Shown: piece by piece, positions 1 to 12,005 of the stretch
How the letters are laid out: every line of letters begins with the position of its first letter
How positions within the stretch are numbered: the stretch's first letter is position 1
Source: Squalus acanthias
Lineage: Eukaryota
Reading direction: 5' to 3'
DNA: 64,000 bases
NCBI GenBank assembly: GCA_030390025.1
Contig: CM059446.1
Coordinates: 12,710,001-12,774,000, forward strand
Position numbers and translations under genes: made by a program
Notes under the pieces: model-generated
The model's input: the letters and a program-made list of their open reading frames with translations, nothing else
Told to the model about the DNA's origin: nothing
The model's database searches: none

Positions 1-550
1 TTGCTTGTCTTTGCCCAGCTGCTGCTGAAACCTTCATCCGCACCTTTGTCATCTCCAGACTGGACTATTCCCATGCTCTCCTGACTGGCTTCCCATTCTC
101 CATCCTCCATAAACTCGAGTTCATCCAAAATCCCGCTGTTTGTATCCTATCCCGCACCATGCCCCACTACCCATCATCTCTGTGCTCGCTGACCTACATC
201 GGCTTTCGATTTCCCCAATGCCTCAAATTCTAAAATTCTCATCCTCATGTTCAAAACGCTTCACGGCCTCTTCGCTCCCTAGCTCTATAACCTCCTCTAG
301 CTCTACCACAACAACTACTTGCATTTACATAGCGCCTTTAACGTAGTAATACTTCCCAAGGCGCTTAAAACCTCCAAGAACTCTGCATTCCTCCACTTCT
401 GATCTCTTGTGCATGTTGAAATCACTTTGCCCCACTATTGGCGGCTATGCCCTCAGCCCTACACATCTCTGCCTTGCCACCTCCCTCTCCCTCTTTCAGA
501 CTCTCCTTAAAACCTATCTCTGACCAAGCTTTTAGTCACCCCTCCTAATC
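1..550 (+). mobile_element. L2-clade LINE 3' fragment (degraded)
   Basis: gctgctgaaaccttcatccgc...tccagactggactattccc resembles the L2 ORF2 C-terminus (AAETLIHAF..SRLDYS); ctccttaaaacc...tgaccaagcttt end shared with 57345-57603. Confidence 0.75.
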
Positions 551-689
551 TACTGACAGTCTTCCTGTTGCAGTGCTCATTTTAGTGTTTTGAGGTGATG
601 CAGGAGACAAATATATCATCCAGCACTCCCTGTGGGAGTGCAAAAATAAGGAAATAGGTTAATCACCCCTAGAAATAAGGATAGTTATT

Positions 690-842
690 GGTGGACTCTG
701 ATCTAATCTATCTGGTGATTTATCTTGTGGTTTATGAGAACTTGCTGTGCACAAATTGGCTGCCACATTTCCCTGCATTACAACAGTGGCTACAGTTCAG
801 AAGCACTTCATGGAACGTCCAGGGGTGGTGAAAGGTGTTTAT
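690..842 (+). mobile_element. Deu-domain SINE 3' fragment
   Basis: cttgctgtgcacaaattggctgcc...cattacaacagtg matches the full copy at 11548-12005. Confidence 0.75.
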
Positions 843-848
843 CTAGAG

Positions 849-920
849 CAATGTTGTCCAATACATTCGCCACGAGCCACATGTGGCTGATTGGGAATCC
901 AGATGTGGCTAATTGTAGTT
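849..920 (+). mobile_element. hAT-Charlie (MER3/Charlie1-like) terminal fragment
   Basis: caatgttgtccaata...gccacgagccacatgtggct resembles recalled MER3/Charlie1 ends; preceded by atctagag (841-848), fitting the Charlie target consensus NTCTAGAN. Confidence 0.5.
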
Positions 921-1264
921 TTGATTAGTAAATAACACCATGAGTTCTGGAAGCCGTCATTGGGCATGTGATCTCGATACTCATTTGCGGGGTGTATCCA
1001 TGTGCACTTTAACTTTTTTGTGCATTTGTTGCTAAATGGTAAGATGAAAAGCTGAGTGCGAGTTGTTTTTGATTGCTTTACTTCCTTGGTTATTGCTTAT
1101 TGGCTAAAATGGTGTGTAACATGGGTGTAAACGCCAGACTGAAGCACCATGGAAACACCAGTAATGTTGTATGTAGAGGAGATCTGCCATCGTGGTCAGC
1201 TCGACCAATCGGAATAAGCGCTGCAGGCCAAGTCTGCCAACTGACTCTCCTTTTGTGGGGTTTA

Positions 1265-1625
1265 AAATGTTAAAATAATTAGATAGGGTAGATACGGAGA
1301 AACTATTTCCTCTGGTGGGTGAATTGAGAACAAGGGGACATAATCTTAAAATCAGAGCTAGGCCATTCAGGAGTGAAATCAGGAAGCACTTTTTCACACA
1401 TAGGGTAGTAGAAATTTGGAACTATCTCTCCCAAAAGGCTGTGGATACAGGCGATCAATTGGAACTTTCAAGACTGAGATTGATCGATTTTTTTGTTAGG
1501 TAAGGGTATCCAGGGATATAGAGCTACGGTGGGAAAATGGAATTGAGGTGCAGATCAGCCATGATCTAATTGCAGGCTCGAGAGGCTGAATGACCTACTC
1601 CAACTCCTAATGTTCCTATGTTCCT
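1265..1625 (+). mobile_element. CR1 LINE 3' fragment
   Basis: RTRGHNLKIRARPFRSEIRKHFFTHRVVEIWN ORF2 tail; ends in atgttcct repeats. Confidence 0.9.
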
Positions 1626-1690
1626 TAATCTTGTACAGAGCGACTCCTTGATTTTGCTGTTACTAATGTCTCCGATCTTTGTCGCGACAG

Positions 1691-1834
1691 ACCCAGCCCA
1701 AAGCCGAGCCATGACTATGAGAGACTGAAGATGCAGTGCATGAAAGCCATGTCAGATCTGCAGTCTCTGCAGAACCAGCACACAAAAACGCTGAAGAAAT
1801 GTGAGGAGGCCGTCAAAGAAGCAGACTTTTATCA
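1691..1834 (+). CDS. DLG5: DLG5 coding exon (about human exon 4), PSPKPSHDYERLKMQCMKAMSDLQSLQNQHTKTLKKCEEAVKEADFY
   Basis: acag|...atca|gtaagt; 144 nt, phase 2-2; matches recalled human DYERLKIQCVRAMSDLQSLQNQH...ETDFYH. Confidence 0.93.
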
Positions 1835-2712
1835 GTAAGTACAGCTGTCAAAATGTAAACTGAAGTGTAAAATATCTTTTAGACAGGTATACAAAATGAT
1901 TAGTTGGTGTTCCTGGATCTGCTCTGGCCTTGTTGATGCATAATCTGGGGACAGGAGTGAAGCTTATGATTTTACCATGGTCCTGCCCTGCCCTGCGGCC
2001 CTGGGACTCCTGTTCCCACTCTGAAGCAGCATCCCAACTGTGGCCCCAACTTATTTGGTGATAGTGGTTCCTCTGTGTGATTCCTGGAGTCTTAATCAAT
2101 GAGAAAGAAGAAAATTGCCAGATGCCCACAGCAGATACTACGCCAGCTAGACTTCAGCTGGTGCCAAGTGAGACAGGGTCCTGGAGGGGTTCTCGCACTA
2201 CATGACTTTAGCGCGTTTCAGAGTCAGATCACTGCCTGATTCTAGAGTTATAGTGGCGCTATTGCATTGATGCACATCTGAAACTGCTATTAATTAGGAC
2301 AAAAGCATAAATGTAACCTTGTGTATGTCTTCTCAGCTTATTGTTCACAATTCATACTTACTCGTAATGGTTTTGTTTCCCATTTTGCTGGTTTTTGGTT
2401 CATTTCTATTAATTGTTTTCCTCTTCTACATTTTTGCTGCTATTATATCTCTTTAGTTTTGCTGGGCCTATTGTTTATTTTTGCCCTATGATCTTATTGT
2501 TGTCTTGTCTGTTGTGCTTTTAAGTACAAATGTTACTGAGGACCACTGAGTTGTAACGTTACGGGGTTGGGAAAATCAGGCATGCACAGAAAGGTCACCC
2601 CTGTGCAGTGGTTCCAAAAACATTGCAAAACGCGTTCTAAATCAGCAACAATAGCGGTGGGAGCAGAGTAAATCACCAGACTGAGACTGGCAAGAGAAGG
2701 AAATTCTGTGAC

Positions 2713-2839
2713 GATAGCAAAATACTGTGGATGCTGGAAATCCGAAATAACAACAGAAAACGCTGGAAAAACTCAGCAGGCCAGGCAACATCCGTGGAGA
2801 GAGAAACAGAGTTAACGTTTCAGGTCGAAACCCTTCGTC
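2713..2839 (-). mobile_element. Short Penelope-like 3' unit with hammerhead motif, 14-bp TSD
   Basis: Perfect direct repeat ggaaattctgtgac at 2699-2712 and 2840-2853; body nearly identical to 63646-63773. Confidence 0.85.
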
Positions 2840-3724
2840 GGAAATTCTGTGACATGGGTTGGAGGGCCAGCGAGAACGCGTGAAGAAATATCGGATTGGT
2901 ATGGCGGGGGGCAGGTTGGTGAATCAATATGCCAATAATGGAGTGAGGAGAATGAAACGAGGGCGATTAGAGCACTGCTGTGACATCCCAAGTAGGCTGT
3001 GCCACTAATTGGCCAGACCAATGCTGGGCAGTCATCATCCTGTCCACACACAGGTGAAGCTTTTTACTTGATGTAGCGATCAAAATCCATACTTTAGCAG
3101 TTTTCAGTTTGGAAGATTTCTGAGTAACCATCCCCAAAAGGAGATGAATGGCCACCTCACCAATACCGTTCATCCAAAATTCTCACAAAACTAGCAGATT
3201 CTCTCCTGGTGTTGATTACGCTAAGTCAGATGGCACACTGTACTGACAGGAGCATTTATACCATGTAATGCACAACATATGACTATCCCATGTAATGCAC
3301 AACATCTTTCTTAATGCGACTACATATAAGCCTTCCTCTTTTCGGATCAGAAAGTCTGATCATTGTCTGTAAACACAGCCTGATGTCAATCAAAGTTTAT
3401 TTTTTTATTTGGCAAGGGTATTTTGCACATTAGAAAGTGCTTGTAAATTACTGCCTCCAAGTCAGGGAAAAAAAACTTGCCTTTTCATTTTTTTAAGCAC
3501 AACATTTGAAATTTAATAGCTGCGCTGAAAACTTTTATTTAGAAAGATAGATTGAAGCCTATACTGCATCTTTAAGAGGCTATGCTACACTGGAAGAACT
3601 ATAGTACACAAGTCATTGCAAGTACAATTATGCAAAATCTAAGGCAATGAATTGAAATGAGAATTCCAGGACTGTAAACTTCTGGTTGAATGTGATAGAG
3701 GGAGCACTGGGCTTGTCCTCACCT

Positions 3725-4460
3725 GGCACAGTTTTAAAGAGTGTGCAGGGACAGAGGGACCTGGGAGTTAATGTGCATAGGTCCCTGAAGGTGGCAGGAC
3801 ATATTGAGAGAGTGGTTAGCAAAGCATATGGGATCTTGGGTTTCATGAATAGAGGCATTGAGTTCAAAAGTAGAGAAGTTATGCTGAATCTTTATAAAGT
3901 GCTGGTTAGGCCACAACTGGAGTGTTGCGTCTAGTTCTGGTCACCACACTTTAGGAAGGATGTGAAGGCCCTTGAGAGGGTGCAGAGGAGATTTACCAGA
4001 ATGGTTCCGGGGATGGGAGATCTTAGCTACAAGGACAGGTTGGAGAAGCTGGATTTGTTTTCATTAGAGCAAAGGAGGTTGCGGGTGATTTGATAGAGGT
4101 GTACAAGATTATGACTGGTTTGGATAGGCTAGACGGGGAAAGGCTGTTCCCACTAGTTGATGGTACAAGGACTAGGGGACACAGATTTAAGGTTTTGGGC
4201 AAGAGATACAGGGGGCATGTGAGGAAAACCTTTTTTACGCAGCGAGTGGTGATGACCTGGAACTCGCTTCCAACGGAAGTGGTGGAAGCGGACACACTCA
4301 ATGTTTTCAAGGGGAGACTGGATAGGCACTTGAGGGAAATAAACTTGCAGGGCTATGGGGATAGAGCGGGGGAATGGGACTGACTGGATTGCTCTGCAGA
4401 GAGCTGGCACAGACTCGATGGGCCGAATGGCCTCCTTCTGTGCCGTTATGACTCTATGAC
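3725..4460 (+). mobile_element. CR1 LINE 3' fragment
   Basis: QRDLGVNVH...LVRPQLE, RTRGHRFK, WNSLP; one in-frame stop and a frameshift; atgactct tail. Confidence 0.92.
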
Positions 4461-4465
4461 CTGCA

Positions 4466-4525
4466 TCATTGATGAGGAGAAACTGATCAAGCTCATTGAT
4501 AAGGAGAAACTGATCGAGCTCATTG
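4466..4525. repeat. 27-bp tandem duplication (about 2.2 copies)
   Basis: tcattgatgaggagaaactgatcaagc / tcattgataaggagaaactgatcgagc / tcattg. Confidence 0.9.
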
Positions 4526-7329
4526 GTCGAGCATGCCCTTCTGGACCTAGCTCTCTCAGCAGTGGCTACTTTGACACTCGCTGAGATTTGCCACAGGAAG
4601 GCTGTGCCTCAACCTCCTGCTGGTGTCTCATCCAAGGAAGCTTGCAATTCCAGTTTAAAAGTATGCAGCAATTTATGTGTGACTCAGCTTCCCATTGGAA
4701 CAAGTGCACGTGAGAAAAATCACTGGGGTAGGGGCAGATGTTTTAGCTGGGGGGGTTGGAAAGGAGAGTGGGGCCTATAAGAGAGCAGGTAGTCTTAATT
4801 AAAATCATTTTAATATCACTGTATTCCCAACCATGTGAGAGAGTCATCAGTGCACCTGCTGTAACCACATGATGCATTAAAATCATTTTATATTAATGTA
4901 ATTATAAAGTAATTATAGTTAAAAAAAAAAATGATTTTAAAGTGATGTAATCCTTTATATAATTCATTAAATACATTTCGGTGCTAAGCCAGAAATTGAA
5001 TATGTAGCCTCAAAAAATTAGATATTGGATAGAATTAAATGAATATATAAACAGCAGACCTTGGAAATCCTCTGTGAATTACTGAGAAATAAATATCTTT
5101 CAGTGGAAAAGCTCTGCAGAGTATCGAGAAATAAATAAGTATATAATCAAATATATCAAGGGAAAGGCTGTGTGAAATAAATACATCTTGGAAAAGCTCT
5201 ATGCAGTGAGGAATAATAAAATATGAACATAAAGGCTCTTTGGAGAATGCGGTATTAAATAAATACCAGTGGAAAGCTTCTGGACTGAGGTATGAGGTAA
5301 TATTCATTAGAGAGGAGAGATCACGAAGGGGGAGACTGGCCCCCTGAGGCCCCCGGGTTCAGATTTACGTACAAATATTGCCTGATTTTTAAAAAAAAAT
5401 TTATTTGGACAGTATTCCAGTGGATGGGAAATGGTGCGGCAGTCTGGTGTGCCAGATCTCAGCCCACTTTAATGCCTGCTCAATTTTGTGCCTTCATTTC
5501 TGGCAGGTGGTGAAAACACCCACTGTAAAACGGGTGGGCGTATTTAAATAAGGTGGTAATGACTTGGTAACCTCATACATCTCATTTTCTGTTATTGTGG
5601 CCTCATTGACGCGCAGCAGAAATCATATCCAGGGTTGCTAGGTGATGAGCAAATGAAGGAAATACATTTAAGGAGTCGAACATGTTTTATTTGAATTTGT
5701 TCTTGGGATATGGATGATACTGACAAAGCAGTATTTATTGCCCATCCCTAGTTGCCAGGAGGGCATTAAGAGTCAACTACATAGTGTGAAATATGTAAGC
5801 CAGACCGGATAGGTCCCTTTTCACAACAACACAGCAGCTTTCATGGCAATGTTTTCTGGTGCCAGCCAACAAATTACCAGATTTATCAAATTCAGTTTCA
5901 CAACTTGTCATGGTGAGATTTGAACTTTTGATCTCTGGGCTGTTAACCACTAACCACTCTATGTATAATTTCAAGAGAATCCTTATTTCTCCATTGATTT
6001 AGGATTTTTTTTTCTGCTGCCCACTAATTAATCTTCTGCTTTTCTGCCATTTGGCGTGCGGCAGTCTTCATGCCACCCCTCCCCTTCAGTCTGTGCACAA
6101 ATTGGGTTCTACATTGGGAATTTCCCACTCTCTCTGCTTTCGGGAAGAGGAGGAAGAGGAATGGAAGGAGGCAAGGCTGCTCTGGAGATGTATGGCACTA
6201 ACCTGCCAGAACCTCCCACACCCGAGGATACAGGTAGAGGCGCTCCTATCTGCATTTGCGCAAGAAACAGGAGCAGCAGAGGCTGAAGAGGATGCAGAGG
6301 ACAAGGTTTTTCCTGGCTGCAAGATGCATTCATGCCATACTAATGCAGGAGACTTTCTCTTGACTGCCACATTTGGCCACTGCATGCGCAGCCGTATGCC
6401 CATCTTCCTCTTCCCACCACTAACATACCATCATCTACAGTAACTTCCCTGTGTGCATCAACTCACACAGCTTCCATTCCTACCAGCTGATGAAAGCACT
6501 TCTACACCGTGCCAAAAAATGTCTGTACGCAAACAACTTTAGTATAGCCATGTTGTTCTGAATTGCTGGCAGGGCTGGATGCAGACCAGCTGCCTTTTTC
6601 TCCCTCTGCTTCTTCCTCAGGTATATCTAGGGAGGAAGAGAGGTTAAAATAGGTTGCTGAGGAAAACCGTTCACTAGTCACTTTGAGTAGAAGAAGTGAC
6701 AAAAGTTTCATGATCCATTTTGATAACATGTACATTTTTAAAAATTGTTTATGGATAAGATTTCCCCCCCTTCTGTAACCTATCCCCTTCTTTGCCAACC
6801 TGGCCTGATGCCTCTCCAATCAAGACAACAAGAGCATGACCTGATCTGAAACCATCATCAGTGCACCTTATAACCAGCTGCCTGAATGGGAGGATTGCCA
6901 AAGACTTGCCCGGTCGTGACTCTGCACTCTAATTTTCACTTGCCTTTGTGGAAGACAAGACAGCTTCCACTTGGCACCTGTTTGGATCAGGAAGTGAATG
7001 GAGCAGGACTTGAATCTACTCTGTGGCACTGAGCATTTTATCATTCAATCCAACATTTTTCAAGTAGAGGAAAGTTATAAGAACTAACTAGGGCTCTGGT
7101 GAAGTTCCACTGGATGAATAGGAAGCAAACATAGTATTAACAAATTAGCTTAAAATAAGTGGAAACCATTTTAAGGAGATGGCTGGAGAAGAACCCGTGA
7201 AGCAATAGCTTAATAAAAAAAAAGCGAGCATCAATTTAGAAGGGAAAGAACCTGTTTCACAAACCTCCTTGATTTCTTTAAGGATATTATCAATAAAATA
7301 GACAGTTGAACTCCCTATATATTGTTTAT

Positions 7330-8015
7330 TTGTATTTTCAAAGAATCTCTGATAAGTCCACTTGAAAGGCATATTCATGCAAGTCTAAGGTAGGATAGGT
7401 GACGAGATAAGAGTTTGGTTACAAAATAATAAACAGAATTATCATGGGAAGGGTAGCGTTGGATGGTGGTGTTAGAACTTGGATCCTATTGCTTTTATGT
7501 ATGCAGAAGTGACTTGGCTGTGGAAACCAAGTTTGTATTACATTTGCAAACCCTAAAATAAGGGGAATCAGGAATGCAGTTAATGATGTGAAGGAGGATT
7601 TAGATCAGCTATCTAACTGGGCAAACATATAGAAAATTAAATGGAATAATAAATTTAAAGTCCAGAAAGAAGAAGAGGATCTCATCAGTGTATGCAAAAT
7701 ATTAAATGGTACAGATAAAGTGAGTCCAGAATATTATTTCAAGATGAATCAGACCAATGGGTTCAGATTAAAGGCGCAGGCATAAATTTAAACTAATGTA
7801 AAGTACATTTAAAACTGAGCTAGAAAAATTTCTCTGCTTAGAGTAGTCAATGTTTGACCTAATCTGCCAAGTAAGGTAACAGAATCAGCCATTAGGGACA
7901 TTGAAAATATAATTCAATGCTAGTCTTTTAGTGAATTAATCAGAAGAATAAGTATTAATGATCTGAATGGCCCTTTCTGGTCCTTGACTTTTTCTTGTGT
8001 TCTTCTAATGTTCCT
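7330..8015 (+). mobile_element. Old, degraded CR1 fragment
   Basis: Remnants such as gataagtccac, gatctcatcagtgtatgcaaaatatt, agagtagtcaatgtttg and the ctgaatggccc tail. Confidence 0.55.
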
Positions 8016-9099
8016 GCATGTTTCTGGATTTCATGAAATCTGTGCCAGAATTGTGGAACAATACAGAATCTAAACATATCCTACAGAGAATAGATCAAGT
8101 TATACCCTCAGCTATTCTGAAATGCAGCCAGTAGTTTATGCAAATTGAAGTGAGGGACTCCTCTCACAAAACCCAGTTTTGCTAGGATTGCCAAGTAATG
8201 GTTATATCTTTGTAAAGTAGTTAATCTACATATTTTAAATCCACATTGTCATAGTCGCAGCACCCCAGATGGATGTTATTGCACAGCTTCATTGCCAGCA
8301 GAATCCTGATAGGATGTAGATCATTTTTGATAAACAGGAATAGATGGAAAGAAACATTATTTACTTTGAGCAAAGTGATTAAATCAAAGAGATATTACAG
8401 ATGTGTTGAGGCTGATCTTTGCTTTTGGGTTTGTATGTGTAGAATGACTATCTTCTTGTCCAGATACTGGTCAAAATCTATTTGAGACCACATTCACCTT
8501 TGTAATGTGTCCCAATTATCCATTATTCCCTACAATTATTGTGCTTTTTTCACTTTGGAAGACTGCGTTAATATGTTAATTTGCTAGTGCAAGTTCTCAA
8601 CGTGTCAAAGGATTAAACCATGTACTTGCTTTCTAAGAGCAGAGGGCGTTTCTGGTTGTCATGCCATTTCAGCACAAAGTACAGTTGCAAAATAGTGCTA
8701 TCAAGGTAATTGTTAATCAATATGGCATACAAAAGCCACAGTTAAAGGTTGGGTAAATGTCGTGCTGTATATAAACAGAGAATTCAGATTGTTCATTGGC
8801 AGGTGCGAGTCCAGTCTCATTCTCTTATGTTAGCTACAGAATAAAAATAAATCTATATTAGACTACCTTTCTTTCAGTAACCTATGATGCAGTACCCTGT
8901 AATTATGTTTTCAACTCCCTACAGTTATCTATTCTAATGTAGAGCAAATTCTCATTCAGTGAACTATAATAATGAACCATGGCATTTTCTTAACCCTTTG
9001 ACAACTCAAGTAGCTTCTCCATTATCACAGTGCGATTCTTCCCATCATGCCTGTACTGGCTCTTTGAAAGAGCTATCCAAGTAATCCACACCCCTGCTG

Positions 9100-9266
9100 C
9101 ATTGTTCACTCTAATTTCCCCCCCCCCCCCCCCCCCCCCCGCGTCGCCCTTTAACTGACTGCATGGCCCATTCAAATTTTTGCGTATGCGCAGTTTCTTC
9201 AATGTAAAGCCAGTGAGCGGCCTGCGCAGGACCTCAAGACCGCTGTGCAGCTTAGCGGGAGCGCTG
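9100..9266. mobile_element. hAT-type MITE nested in a CR1 3'UTR, containing a poly-C tract
   Basis: Imperfect TIRs cattgttcactctaa / ttagcgggagcgctg; 8-bp TSD ccctgctg / ccctgctc; inverted relative at 14162-14325. Confidence 0.7.
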
Positions 9267-9469
9267 CCCTGCTCTTTCTCCATAGTCCTGCAAATTTTTC
9301 CTTTACATGTAGATACAAACTGAATTGTAATCAAATAGACTTCTTTGGTGTTGCTAAGTTTTATCTTGTTGAGTATGACAGAAATTGACTCTTGTTTGCA
9401 TACTGATCTGGAATCAATTATTTGGAACTGCTGTGGAGATGCGAGAACATGAACAATATAAAAGTATCT

Positions 9470-10135
9470 ATATTTATCTTTCCTTTTTCAATTTTCTTCA
9501 TCTTTTCCTCTCCGTGTTGGGGTACAGTTCCACTGGGTCCATGGGTGCCTTGCCCAGGTAGTGATTATGCATATTGGAGCATTGACTGTGAATGTGGCAG
9601 GCATGGAGCATTATAGGTAATGCTGATCCTGTCAAAGCACAACGTCTGCCGTGCTGTTCCAAAAGAAGTCATTGAATAGAGAGCAGGACTGGGAGCCGTA
9701 ACCATTTTTCCTTTGTCTAACCGATGGGCATTAACAACAACTGGAGCTTTTCTCCTTTCTCCTTCTTTCCTGAATGCAATGCCCCCTCACTGGGGTGTGG
9801 TTCCAGGGGTGCTCGTCTTTCTTCGGTACCTCCCTCAGCTGGCTATTATTTATGTGTGAGGCTTGGTAGTGAGTATTGGAAGGCTTTTCAATCCATGGGC
9901 TATCACATTTGAACCTGATCCTGCCCGCACTCATCATCCACACATTCACACTTCCAGCAGAGTTCTTAGATAGTGATAAGGAATGGGAACCATTGGTGAC
10001 TTTCCATTCCCAATACCAAGCATGTTGTGGGTGATTGTAGATCTGCTAACTCATCACACCCTGGAGATCTTGACCTTACTGGTCTGTGTGACTCAGCTAC
10101 CTGTTGATTAATTCAACTCTTTAATTGGGGGAGCT
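9470..10135 (-). mobile_element. Old SINE-like repeat with duplicated body (MamSINE1-like head, tentative)
   Basis: Block ggggtacagttccac...ctgatcctg occurs twice here and again near 28950, 41170 and 57040. Confidence 0.4.
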
Positions 10136-10169
10136 GTTTCCACATGCAGCCAAATACCTGGGACAGGTT

Positions 10170-10485
10170 TTTTTAAATTTGTTTTTATGGGATGTGGGTG
10201 TCGCTGGCAAAGCCAGCATTTATTACCCATCCCTAATTGCCCTCGAGAAGGTGGTGGTGAGCCGCCTTCTTGAACTGCTGCAGTCCATGTGGTGAAGGTA
10301 CTCCCACAGTGCTGTTAGGGAGGGAGTTCCAGGATTTTGACCCAGCGACGATGAAGGATCGGTGATATACTTCTAAGTCAGGATGATGTGTGACTTGGAG
10401 GGGAACTTGGAGGTGGTGGTGTTCCCATGTGTCTGCTGCCCTTGTCCTTCTAGGTGGAAGAGGTCGCTGGTTTGGGAGGTGCTGA
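10170..10485 (-). mobile_element. Non-LTR retrotransposon 3' fragment (same family as 16728-17088)
   Basis: Close reverse complement of about 16765-17088. Confidence 0.8.
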
Positions 10486-10511
10486 AGTAATTTATTTCAC
10501 CATCTAAATTT

Positions 10512-11232
10512 AACCAGATTTTGCTGTGAGTGGCGTTTGTTAGACTTGCACTTTTTCATGGCAAGTTGCTGTCAGTGGGTCATCCAAATGGCGTGGTGCC
10601 CTCTGCAGGGCATCTGGGACCTGTATGTACAGGGCAAGTAATTGTGTATCTCCTTAACCAATCAGCTTGAAGAATCCTTAATGAGGATTAATCTTTAATG
10701 AGAATCCTGAACCAGGAAGTGTCAGTTACAATAGTGAATTCAATGTCAAATCAGGTACAGAAAGTGAAATAAAGAGGGGAAAAGAAAGATTGGATTAAGA
10801 GAAAGCAAAGAAAGTTTTTAAAAATATTAAATTTTTAAAATCTCCAACAATAATTAAAAGCTTGAAGGAATGAGACTTCACACCTGTTAAAGTTAATATT
10901 CAGTGCTAGAGAGGTTGTTTGGCAGTAATTAAGACTTATCACACCGCTAAAAGGGTACTTAGACTGGAATGACTCGACTTAACTCTCTGTGGCGAGTTTA
11001 GTCTGTATTTACGATGTAATTACAGGAACTTTACGGCGTTCAGTACATTTGAATGCGGAGCCAGACGGTAAGATGCTGTTTTTGCGCAGTTTACAGAAGA
11101 GCGGCATATCTCAGACAGCAACTTCCAGGTTTAACTGCGCATGTGCAGTCGCCAGAAGCTGCTTCCAATTTGCACATAAGTAACGGTGAGCGCTATTAAC
11201 CTCACCCTTATTTTCACAGCAAAATCCGGCCC
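10512..11232. mobile_element. MITE of about 720 bp, same family as 34081-34790
   Basis: Ends ccagattttgctgtga / tcacagcaaaatccggccc; shares tctccttaaccaat, caggtacagaaag, attggatt and gagaggttg blocks with the 34-kb copy. Confidence 0.7.
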
Positions 11233-11547
11233 ATCTATGTGGAGTAGCCAACCCTGGGTATTGTGATGAAATAAATATTGGAACATAACCCATTTCATTC
11301 AACCAGTCTCACTTTCTTTTATTGAGGTACAGATGAATGTAGTCTGCCCTCAGCAACAATTGACATGTCAGTATTCAAGATCTTCAAAACTGTTTAAGGC
11401 TCCTGTTCCTTTCCAGCACCACCCATCGCCACCCCCCCCAACCACTGGATTTTTATTTGGGCTATTATTTAGAATTCACAAAAAATCTTTGCAAAATTAT
11501 CAACTAGAAAATTGCTGTTTATGTTATTTTTAAGTTTTCATTCTCAG

Positions 11548-12005
11548 TGTCAGCCGTGGGTCAGTGGGTAGCATCCTCGCCTCTGAGTCAGAAGGTTGTG
11601 GGTTCAAGTCCCGCTCCAGAAACTTGAGCACAAAAATCTAGGCTGACACTCCAGGGCAGTACTGAGGGAGTGTACTGTCTTTCGGATGAGACGTTAAACC
11701 GAGGTCCCATCTGCTCTCTCAGGTAGACATAAAAGATCCGATGGCACTCTTTCGAAGAAGAGCAGGGGAGTTCTCCCTGGTACCTTGGCCAATAGTTCTC
11801 CCTCAATCAACATCACTGAAACAGATTATCTGATCATTATCACATTGCTGTTTGTGGGAGCTAGCTGAGCGCAAATTGGCTGATGTGTTTCCTACATTAC
11901 AGCAGTGACTGAACTTCAAAATAGTACTTCATTGGATGTAAAGTGCTTTGGGATGTCCGGTGTTCGTGAAAGATGCTATATAAATGCAAATCTTTCTTTC
12001 TTTCT
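11548..12005 (+). mobile_element. Full-length tRNA-derived Deu-domain SINE (SacSINE1/AmnSINE1-like)
   Basis: A-box-like gtgggtcagtgggt, B-box ggttcaagtcc, Deu domain cacattgctgtttgtgggag...caaattggctg, L2-like tail gctatataaatgcaa then tttc repeats. Confidence 0.85.

Noticed and set aside
4466-4525. CRISPR-like or functional repeat array
   Set aside because: Only about 2 adjacent 27-bp units with no spacers, in eukaryotic intron context; a simple duplication.
6051-6443. Overlapping 130/76/105-aa ORFs as a gene or exon
   Set aside because: No recognisable domain, low-complexity acidic stretches, and the DLG5 exon chain is complete without it.
11548-11620. tRNA gene
   Set aside because: A and B boxes are present but continue into a SINE body and tail; it is a tRNA-derived SINE head.
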